A stretch of DNA of 64,000 bases, taken from Tubulanus polymorphus. Lineage: Eukaryota; Animalia; Nemertea. The notes under the pieces were generated by a model. It made no database searches, was not told the DNA's origin, and saw nothing but the letters and a program-made list of their open reading frames with translations. Positions 53,351-64,000 of the stretch are shown here, one piece after another. The stretch spans positions 16,170,275-16,234,274 of the forward strand of contig NC_134032.1 of NCBI RefSeq assembly GCF_964204645.1, written 5' to 3'. The position numbers and the translations under genes are program-made. How positions within the stretch are numbered: position 1 is the first letter of the stretch; each line of letters starts with the position of its first letter.

Positions 53351-56300
53351 TTGAAATACAAGATATCGAGTTCTCAAATAAATATTTGGCCGCGTCTGAT
53401 TGTAATATACAATATACAATAATCTGGTGGTGGAAATAAAATTCTATTTTTGATGATTCTGTTATATCTGCACCAGACGATGGTTTCGAGCTCTGATTGG
53501 TTCCGCTACAAGCAGCCGCGCCTGCGGGTCGAGCAGCTTCTAAAAATACCGGCATACCGGGTTTAAAACACCTTCACTGTCGACAATTGATAAAAACATC
53601 GGAATGATCCCGTTGTATCGGAGTGATCCCGTTGTATCGGAGTGATCCCGTTGTTCTGCTATCGTAGCCTATTGTACAATTGCTGTGGTAATCCGTCCGT
53701 TCCTAACCGCAGGCCACTGATTACACTTAACGGTTATCCTTCACAAGGTCTCTCACGAGGAGGGGCGGGAGGGAGGTGGTAGGGGAGGGGGTGCGGTCTC
53801 ACTCGCATCTTGTTTTCAGTCCTCGCGTCAGCGGTGTTTACGATTCTGACTGTATAATAAAAAAAAATGTTTCCTTGTCATCGTTTCGACCGTTCATCAA
53901 ACGAGAAAAAGATATTTAGTTCACGAAAAGATTTCGTCCTCTTTGAATCTATTCTTCGAGTGGGTTTTTATAAGTAGGGATACCTTCAGTTTATAACAAC
54001 ACTGATTCTGGTTGTAGTGAGGAAAACCTGTATATAACCAGTCGAAAAGTCGAATAAACTACACTAGCTCAAGGAAACATTTTGGACTCCTAATTTGTTA
54101 TCATGCTAGTTTACGCATTAGCCGCTCATTTTTTAGTAGCAGCACATGACGATCAAGATTTATACTTCTACTGCGGCATGCGAGCATTATGTTAGTTCAT
54201 ATTTTAGCCGCTTATAGTTAATAATGGGACAGCACGTGACGGTTGAAATCTATACCACTACTGTGGCATGCGAGTAGTATGCTAGTTCACACTTAAGCCG
54301 CTTATGGTTAATATAGGGGCAGCACGTGACGGTAAAGATCTGACTGACACTACAACACGCGACTGACTGTGCGTCATTTAATGCTGACTGACTACTTGAC
54401 CATTGTTTGAAGTCTGGAGGCATCACAACTCGTGGCTTCACTTGTTCTGTCTCATTTCTAGGTGCAAAAGTTTGGAAGAAATGTCTTGTTGACCATTTGG
54501 TCATCACTTTTCCAACCATTAGATCTTTCTACTTCCATTTTCACCAACTGACCACTCGGCCACTTGACCAATGCAATAATGGCCACTTGACCAATGCGGT
54601 TGTGGCCACTTGACTAATGCGGTCTTATTTCTAAAGACGTTTTTGAGGGAATCATTGAAAATAGTTAAGATGGAGGATTAGTGCGTGGATTAGGACGGAT
54701 TAAGGGGATTAAGCAAATCAACCGCGCCGTCTGTGAGACAATTACTGTTTTATGACCACCTCCAAGAACCTGACAATTCGTCATTTAACTGTGAATGCAG
54801 TAATTTTATCATCATTGAAAATCGTGATTGAAAACTTTTAGAATCAATCCTGCCATAAGACATTTTCAGAAACTGTTTTTGAAAGTTGCTCAATGAATTG
54901 AGTGGAAACGTTAACTACAGCCACAGTGCGTCATTGATGGAAACCAACAGCAGACAACTACTAACTTAACAACGAGAGAAATCCCGCAATTAATTCAGCA
55001 ACAAACGCCTCTGTCTCCCTCTCTCCTCTCTCTCCCTCTCTCTCTCTGTCGTTATTCCGATCATACTCGGATATTGTGGATCTTCTCGTCCCAATTTCTC
55101 AGAACAACCATTTGGAAAGATCTTTCGCTTTGACGATCCTCGGATGCCAGAGATTTTACAAATCCATCACAATAAAAGGTTGTGGCAGCAACTTGCACTG
55201 AGGATGGGCATACGTAGTGGTATTTCAAGGGTAACATGAGGGTGTTTTAGTTGGATTCTGTCGAGGATGGAATTGTATTGTTTCGACAAAAATGTCGGCA
55301 CAGATGCCGCAGTCACGTGGCGGCTGATTCGCACGTGCGCGAGAAACTCCGGCCAGACGACTGCCATGAAACCGAAAACAAATCGACGAAACGTCGGGAG
55401 CGACTAAGAGGATGTAACCCGCGGCGCGAATCAGCGATATGAGCAAATTATCAAAAAACTTTAATCTGTTGTTTAATCATCAACCGTCATTATTTAGAGT
55501 CTAGTACCGGTCCCAGGTGGCGCTCGGGTCGCCGGGTACACGTGCTATCGCGACCTAGCGATAAGTAGCGAGATTTTAATGTGATTTCATTTAACGCAGC
55601 GGCGGTGAATGCTATGAGCTGAAAGCAACTCCCTCGATATTACTAGAAATCTAAGAACTCTGAGTGGATACGTGTGCGCCCGGTGGTGTGCGCGACGCCG
55701 CGGTGTATCAGGTGGACGCACACCACGTGCCACTGCCTGCTCACCTAGCCGTCCGGTGTACTTCAGGGATCCAATTAGTTGAGGAAACCGCGCACACTTG
55801 ATTAACACGACACGTGACACGTGATCTGTTAATTCCATTAATTCAGTGATGACGATTTATCTTCATCCGGCGCCGATTAATTTCTTTGTTTGTTTATTTT
55901 ATCTGTTTTTGTGGTGATATATTTTTGTGTGCCCTATAATATATGTATTCATCTGTATGGTGGACCATTTAATCCTTCAATCTGGACCCAGTCCCCTCGG
56001 GCTCACAATCCACAGCCTGGAACTTTGATACTGATTCCACTCAGAATTCACAGCCTATAGTTTGTTGTGCTATATGGAACCTGCACGTGAGCCCCCCCCT
56101 CAAAGTTGTGTAGCTGAAGCTCCTGTGTATATGAACCCTCCAGACGATCGATCATCCCTTATAGTCCATACGCCCCTACCCCTCCCCCAACTGGAGTAGA
56201 GGCTGCGTGAATGATTTTTACAAAAACCGAGTTCAAAGCGTTATTTTTCAATCAGTAAACATTAAACAGAAAATTTGAGGGCGGCAGTTTATATTGTGTG

Positions 56301-57090
56301 TGCTTCAGGTAGCAATCTATGGACAGATTGCAAATAGCTAACGGATCGTATTGTTCTAACGGATCGTATTGTTTGAATTTCAAATTTTCAAACTCGTTTA
56401 TACCTGTGGGAAGTTAATTATATCGGCAGGTGACCTGTTTTTAACTTTTTAATCCGTTTTTAAAGACTTTAATTGAAAGGCATCGCGCGGCTCAGGTGAA
56501 ACCGAATACTCGATCAAACAGACATCCAACCCCGAGCAGCCCCGAGCAGCCCCGAACAGCCCCGAGCTCATCCCGAGCTCATCCCGAGTTCACCCGACCC
56601 TCATTTCAAATAAATCCCGGATATCATGCTCAAATGGATAAATTAAATTATTGCTGAAATATGATCTGAAGACTTTAAAGTTTTTGAACCCGTGAAGCCT
56701 AGGTTGGTATCTCAGTGCGTGTACGCCTACTGGTCATAGCTTATAGTCTGCTGGGGCCAGTTGCACAGTCGTCACTTAAGTCCAATTTTAAAGTGGTCTT
56801 AAATCTTGAGACTGGTCTTAAGTTGTTAGATTGTCTATAGAACTAAGTTGGTTTTAGACTGGTCGTAAGTCTAAGCCATGACTATGCAACCGAAAACTGA
56901 GACTGATCTTCAAATTCGGTATTGTCTCTGCTCAAACGGATTTAAAGTCAAATCATCATATCATCATATATAGGCCTAGTACCGAAACTTGAATGGCAGC
57001 TCACATAGACTTCTCAGAGATTGATATTGAAATCCTGCCGGTTTGTCGTCATACATTACTAACTGCTGTGTGGAGCATGGTTCGACATAA

Positions 57091-57414
57091 AGCCGGGCGT
57101 AGGTCGACCTAGCGACGCGTTGCGTCACAAGCGGGGGCGTAAGTCGGTTGCGACGCGATTGTCAGCGACTGTGTGCGACTAGTTGCTCCCAGTCGCAACA
57201 GCACGTAGCTCGGTTGCGACGGTCGCGTCTCGTCGCAGAAAGTAGAACATGTGCGACTCATCGCGACTGGCGTCGCTGGCAGTCGCAACCCGTCGCTGGC
57301 AGTCGCAAGGTAGCGTAGGTCGGTGAGTCGTTGCGACGCGATCGTCGCTGGCGGTCGCAGTGAGTCGCGTCGCAGTGAGACGCAAGCCGTCGCAAGGCCG
57401 ACCTATGCCCGGCT
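57091..57414. mobile_element. PIF/Harbinger-type MITE
   Basis: TIRs AGCCGGGCGTAGGTCG / CGACCTATGCCCGGCT flanked by a TAA target-site duplication (57088-57090 and 57415-57417); interior rich in GTCGCA/TGCGAC. Confidence 0.75.
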
Positions 57415-57796
57415 TAAGGATGATGAGGGCAGCTTCGATAGGATGTTGGTGACGCTGCGCCAGGAAGATGCCATTACGGAACTATAAAAATAATTTCTTC
57501 TTTTTTAGACTAAAGCACAATTCCTACAAATAAAAACATAACATTTGCCAGGCTTAATAAATCTCCATAGAAATGTATTAAGAACTAAATATTGGACCCT
57601 AAACTTCTAAACTAAACTGGGGGTCATATTTTAAAAGTGATATTAATCAATAGATATGTATTTACCGTGCCACCAGCCAGCCACCTGGTGATATCGGGAT
57701 CCGACTCGGGACCAGCTGTTTGTTTATTCAAAAATACCACAACATCTACGATCAATACACAGTTGGTATTAATGAGTGTACGTATGTTGTTTTTGT

Positions 57797-57985
57797 GAAT
57801 GGAGCCGACCCACTTCACCCCACCGGTCGGTCGGAATGGAGCCGACCCACATCAACCCGCGGGTCGGTCGGAATGGAGCCGACCCACATCAACCCGCGGG
57901 TCGGTCGGAATGGAGCCGACCCACATCACCCCACCGGCGGTCGGAATGGAGCCGACCCACACCAACCCGCGGGTCGGTCGGTCGG
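57797..57985. repeat. About 39-bp GC-rich minisatellite
   Basis: Unit GAATGGAGCCGACCCACATCAACCCGCGGGTCGGTCG with variants. Confidence 0.85.
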
Positions 57986-58132
57986 TCGCAGGGCCAGTGA
58001 CTGCTGTGCAGCAAAAAATGTAACCATGACATAAATCAATTATTGTATACAAAGCCTGAACTGTGCCGGCCGCCGCACGTGCCTGTTTCGAAGAGCTGAA
58101 TTCATCACCAGCTGAGTGCTACTGGGTTTAAA

Positions 58133-60217
58133 ATGGTGAGTATAGCAATTTCAATATTACTTTTGAGTTTAAGGCTTTCATTTCTATAATGTTTATTTCA
58201 ACTTTGCTTGAGAGGACCTCGGGTGGTGGCGCCTAGTAGAGTTAGGTTTCACAGAGTCGTGCAGCGGAAGACAAGAAAGAGCGGATTTTATCTGACCTGA
58301 CCGACCACACCACAGTGATCTCCATCGATCTCATTGTCATCAGACACTTTGATTTTAGTAGTACCTGATAGTCTAGAGAAATATGACGAGAACAGCCTGG
58401 GCTGTTAAACATTTATTTTAATCTATTTTACAGCACTATTACTGCCCTGCTAAGTGATCACAAAAAAGTTCAGTTACTCGAAGTTGAAATAGACGTCAGT
58501 CCGTGGTTCAACAGATTGAACCCGGTGTAGTCTGCTGAATTCATTCTTTATTCGATGGTTTCTTCATTTTATAAACTCATTTGCACTGGGATCGATTTAT
58601 CGGATACGGCCCGGGTCAAACTCGAGCGAGTTGCAGATTGTGACCAGCGCACCACGCGGCTCAAAATATAATCATTGAACTGATACAGATAAAAATAAAC
58701 CGACGAGGAAAGTCTCTGTTTTATCATCTGGGGCCAGTTGCACAGTCGTGACTTAAGTCCAAAAGTGGTCTTAAATCTTAAGACTGGTCTTAAGTTGTTA
58801 GATTGGCTATAGAACTGAGTTGGTCTTATAGAATGGTCATAAGTCTAAGCCATGACTATGCAAACAGCCCCTGGCTCATGGCACCTCAGATTGCACTTCC
58901 CTGGTAGAATCATGAGAACAGACCATCGAAACACCTCAACGCAATGTTCCGCCTAATAAAACTAAATACGACGCAATTATTGATCAAAGATGAAGGCCCT
59001 ATAGCTTAGACCTATCTATCAGCACAACTGACAAACTAAATTACTTTTACCCAACCTTCGGGCCTCAAACTCAGTGTCGAGTCGTGTTTCTGAATTCTGA
59101 ACATAAAAAAACTACTTTCTTGTTATAAGATCTCGTTTTTGTTTTTATATTTAAGGTATCGTACAGCCTGAGATTGACGCTGATGTGTTTGACAGTTTCT
59201 ATTGCGTCCACATTCATCATGCATCTGTTTATTCTGAATCGCGAGTTCAACATTTCGAAAATCATTTCATCGTCAATTCGAGTTCGAGGTCGCCGCGACG
59301 CGTTTCCGCTTCCGGCCGTGTACGGAAGTGACGCGGCGGAACTGCTCGAATATTTCTACCGGAATCGTCTGGGAAATATCGGTAACGAATCTTGCGGTAA
59401 AGTTCCGCGACGGATCCACCAGACGTGGGTCGGCGGACACGTACCGGACGCGTTTAACGTCAGCATCGAATCGTGGGTAAATCATCATCCGGATTGGGAA
59501 TACTGGTTCTGGACCGATAAGCTAGCAGACGATTTAATCAGAAAACGATTTCCGAAATATTTACAAATGTATCGTAAATATAGAGCGGGTATTTTCCGTG
59601 CTGATGCTATGAGGTATTTTATCCTACATGAGTTCGGAGGTATCTACGCCGATATGGACATGATCGCTTTGCGTCCTTTCGACGAATTGGCCGAAATTCA
59701 TAAATTCCTGATACCTCAAGATAACGACATGCACACGGTAATACTATTCGACACCGGTCGCATTCCGCTGAACGCGTTGATGATGTCAGTACCCGGTCAT
59801 CGGATTCTGAAGGATATCATCGAGCGTCTACCCAAAACGGCTCATATTCCGGAAGTTCTAGATTCGACAGGGCCGATGATGATCGATCGAGTACTGGCAA
59901 CTTACCAGACGAAATATCGTCATCAAATCGTCCCGATTTGCGATTCAGTCTATCTGCCTAAATACGACTATTTCGTACCTAATTACGACTATTCGTCAAC
60001 CGCGCTGAAGGTGAGCTGTAAAGGCAAACTGAGCAGGCGACGGAAATCGCAGTGCGATCTGATTAAAAAACTAAAATTCAAAAATCCACCTATACCGGAA
60101 GGGGCGTACACGAGACACGACTTCCGGCACACGTATCACTGGGATATAAAAACGTTTTCGTTGATACCGATCGCTGAACTAGCGCCGAGCAAAATCGATA
60201 TCTCTAAACGGTTATAA
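58133..60217 (+). CDS. GT32-family (DXD) glycosyltransferase, Sur1/Och1-like, type II membrane protein, about 354 aa
   Basis: ATG mini-exon 58133-58135 (donor gtgagt) spliced to 59156-60217. N-terminal TM (LTLMCLTVSIASTFIMHLFIL); motifs VPRRIHQTW, HPDWEYWFWTD, RADAMRYFILHEFGGIYADMD, NALMMSVPGH and STGP. Confidence 0.88.
58729..58873. mobile_element. About 140-bp MITE family I (other copies at about 4988-5130, 24106-24245, 56752-56895, 60380-60627 and 60800-60955)
   Basis: Recurrent GGCCAGTTGCACAGTC...CTTAAGTTGTTAGATTGGCTATAGAAC...GACTATGCAAC with inverted ends, present in both orientations. Confidence 0.7.
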
Positions 60218-63200
60218 CCTTTCAGGAGACAGTTCTGTAGGCAAGAAATAAGTGGTCATCAATCTTTTAGGACTGGTCTTAAGTTGTCAGGTTGACTAAC
60301 GTAAAGAACTGGCCCCAGGAACAGTCGTGACTTATATCAGGGAGGTGGGAGTGAACCCCACCTCCCTGCTTATATCTCGATGTGGTCTCAAATCTTAAGA
60401 CTGGTTTTTAAGTTTTGTTAGTTTGACGCGATAGAACCAAGTTGGTCTTAGACTGGTCTAAACCGCGACTTTGCAACTGACCTCAGGGCCCAGTTCCATA
60501 GTCATAGCTTAGGCTTGAGACCAATTTAAGACCAACTTAGTTCTATAACCAATCTAACAACTTAAGACCAGTCTTAAAATTCAAGACCATTTTTGGACTT
60601 AAGTCTGAACTGAGGAACCGGCCCCAGGAGAGCAGTCGTGAGATTTTCACTCCTGAGACATCTCAAGTTGTTAGTTTTCTAAAGAATGAAGTTCGTCGCT
60701 AAGACTGATCTTTAAGCCATGACTGTTAAACTGGTCACATGTCAGCTACTGGTTCAAATACCAGTCAGCTACCAGTCAAATCTTACCAACTTTTAAGCAA
60801 CCGTTCCCAGAGGTCAGATCTATAACCATGGCTTAGACTTAAGACTAGTCTACTAAGGCCGTCTGCGTTCTCAAGCCAATCTAATACAGCTAAGACCACA
60901 GTTATAAGATTTAAGACCACATTTGGAGTGAAGTCACGACAGTGTAACTGGATCCATTGTTTTTTCTGAAAAGTTTGTATTAATAGCATTGAAATGTTTT
61001 AAAACTAGAATCCAGACCAGACTAGACTTAGTCTGTCTGACGTGAGGCGTGGATCTGGCCCCGGGGCCACATACGGCCTGGATCACCCACATCGGTGGTA
61101 ACAACACGGGCCAGACTTACCTCAATTACCAACCGAATATACCTCGTTCGCGAGCCTATTCGATTGGGATCTCTATAAACTCTTAGGTAAGGATTTTAAA
61201 ATATTTAACTTTTTTCAATTTTAATACATTTGAAATGAATCAATTGATCTGAAAGCAATCTAGTTTCTAAATGTCATCGCAGTTAGACGCGTTTATCTGT
61301 AATCGATACAATTTATAGCGGATTGGCTGTTGTTGTGGTGTTATAATTGGACCAATATCCGATTGAAAAAAAACAAACTCAAGTTCCAATTATTGAAAGC
61401 CGATGTCATGAAAAACACAGTGGATATCTATTCACTAAACCATGATTCCAGCCACCTCGCCTAAACTCGCCTAAACTCGCCTAACTAATCGTGGTCTATC
61501 GAAAAAAAAATGAACCGAGTATTCAATTTTATCGGATTGACTTAATAAAACATTAAACCCGGATTATATTTTATTACTGGCTTAACGCGTGTTCGCTTAA
61601 TCTCGACGTGGTGACGGGAATTACTCGCCATTTGGATCTCATTGATAACCGCGTACATATCTGCGCCACGGTTTTATAGTTTAGAGATAAATCCTTCTTT
61701 TGTGAAGCCGTGTTGACAGAATCGGCAATAACCGGCACCTCACCCTCCAGCACAAACCACCCGCGCATTAAACATCTTTTATTCTGTTTTATAAACAGTT
61801 TTCAACCGACATAAGTTCAGCCATTATAGCATACATATACACAGTAGGCTGGCTTTAACGGGCGACAGAAATATCGATTGTTAAGATAGGCGCATATATT
61901 ACGGTAAGTATGTGTTTATATGTGGACAGGTGGCCACGTTACAAAAAACAACCCAAAGACCAATCATCTCAGAATCGATTCGGTATCGCGCTGACCAGAA
62001 TTACGAACTGACACCCGTGACAAGAGGCGCCATTGTCCGCGCTCGCTCGCCTCATCTCCGGGCGATCGATACGTATGATTTTCATGTATACAAAAACCGC
62101 GCTCAAAACCATCAATTTTTTTGCCCGACGCGATTCAAATATATGTATGTATAAACTTGAATAGTTAATGAGGATAAATTATTGACCACAAACGATAATG
62201 ACCTCCTCGGGACCATGACTACATCGTCCAACAATCAAAACCGTTCCGCGCGTTAATTATTTGAAATATTCCGAGCCGCACAGAACCGTCTGGTGCGCAT
62301 TTTAACGCTGATAACCTCCTCGAAGCGATTCTAATGGCTTTATAAGTATCGCTACCGCATTCATTGTTTAGGGTAGAATTTAAAAAGCGGATACTCTATA
62401 ATGACAGAGTGTTAGTGGTCCGTCTGCTGTTGGTCGCAGTCCGGACGCGGCTGATTTTAGTTTTGAATTCCCTGACGCAAAATAATTAGCATATTTTTTG
62501 TGTGCGGTCGAGTCGAATTTGATAAAAGCCTCGCCTGAAAGGATTCGAGTACCAGATAATTCATAAGTTCAAATTTCATATAAATACTATCTCTAAGCGC
62601 GGTTCATCGTTAAGGAGACTTTTAACGGTCGCGTGGTTAAAGTCATCAGATACTGCGCACGCGTATCGCGTGTCAATGCCACTAGGGTCACGTGTATCGC
62701 GTGTGTATCCTTTGAAATAGACGATGTTGAGAACTTTTGATGAAAAATGTAGAAAATATCGTTAAAATCTGTTCCATTAATTATCATCATGTTTACAAGA
62801 AAAGACAAATTCCTTTGCCTAGATTTTTATGTAGGACATTTTTTATTGTCACCAGAGGCTGGCTCCATAGTTACGACGTAAGTCCAAAAATGTCTGTGGG
62901 ACACCTACCCTAGCTGTGGGCAGTGAGTCCGTGGGATACCCTAGTTATGGGCAGTCAGGTTGTGGGATACCCTAGCTGTGGGCAGTGGGCTGTGGGCTGT
63001 GGGATTCTACAATCTGGTGTCTAAAGCCACTATTATAACACCACTAACTAACAATGTAACACGTTGACCGCAACAGACGTTACGATGACAACCACGTGAG
63101 ATGGACATTGTTACAAGATGTTTTTAATCATAAAACTAGTGAAGGGAGAACCAAAAAAACGATCAACTGCCCCCGAGAAATGATTAAATCTTCCGATTTT

Positions 63201-63945
63201 ATCCGTGACATGCTTGCCAGTGGCGGTTTTATAGACAGCAGTGAAAGTGTAGATTTGATATCTCAGTCTTAGTTTCATCTGCCGAGGGGGACATCAGACG
63301 TTTACTCGGTGTTGTATCTTCGCCGGTTATTTCGACATGTTCAGAGGACCTGGTCCTATTCAGTTACAAGGTAAATACGACATGTCCATGAACTGAAAAC
63401 CACTGAATCTAAGGTAAAAGCAAGTACCAGAGCCCAGAATCAAAAAAAGGTTTCACTCTTAAATCGGTTTAGTATATCCGTTAATTCAATCTATCTTAAA
63501 TCGATTTAGGCCTTAATCCCTTATGTGAAACTGGGCCAACAGAAGTATCAATAAAACCAAAGCAAATATCTTCAATCCCGGCAAAAATAGTTATTACACT
63601 TTTTAAGGATAGAAATTGTACCATATATAAGTCAATTTAGTAGAAAATTTACATGTTGTTATGAAAACGATTGATTTATTAAAACCATTATTGCGCGTAT
63701 TGTTGCAGCAGTTTTAATGAATTCTAATTGTTGCAACAATCCGGTGAATATTGTGCGGTACAGAGTTTAACGTACTCACGCGATTGTTAGCGGTTCACAC
63801 AGGAGTATAAACAGCCACAGACACACATTGACCTGACCTCGGGGGCGCTCCATCGATGACATCGTAGCGTGTAGAAATTTATTCAAAACGTTGATTTTAA
63901 AGCAATTATTTGAACACCCTTGGGACACTCTACACCACCAGCAGC

Positions 63946-63980
<35 letters not shown>

Positions 63981-64000
63981 CAACAGATGAGTTAAATTAC

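Noticed and set aside
63337-63370. Possible first coding exon MFRGPGPIQLQ with donor gtaaat
   Set aside because: Too short, and no downstream exon is identifiable within the window.

Overview
Eukaryotic (metazoan, probably marine invertebrate; the species cannot be determined from sequence alone) genomic DNA with short GT-AG introns. I reconstructed exon structures by hand. Six conserved housekeeping genes lie at 10.8-33.6 kb: SLC18B1-like, PTRHD1, SLC25A51, PSMD14, MRPS28 and HDDC2, the last two with start codons only 41 bp apart. These are followed by a TRADD-N-like-domain gene (39.6-42.6 kb), a tandem pair of lineage-specific secreted-protein genes (43.6-51.5 kb, minus strand) and a GT32 glycosyltransferase (58.1-60.2 kb). 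The main highlights are invisible in the ORF track. (1) A 16 x 69-bp intronic tandem array in which each unit folds, on the minus strand, into a minimal type I hammerhead ribozyme; a second dispersed hammerhead family shows compensatory stem changes. (2) A secreted precursor whose unannotated last exon encodes a six-cysteine inhibitor-cystine-knot peptide (ECVPLFGTCEKKDHCCSESCIDNTCA). (3) Its neighbouring paralogue, a 619-aa signal-peptide protein built by exon duplication, with cationic amphipathic helices, eight PPASFFL repeats and four canonical PCNA-binding (PIP-box-like) motifs. The rest is rich in MITEs, a tRNA-containing repeat and many minisatellites. No CRISPR arrays, rRNA genes or convincing functional tRNA genes were seen.
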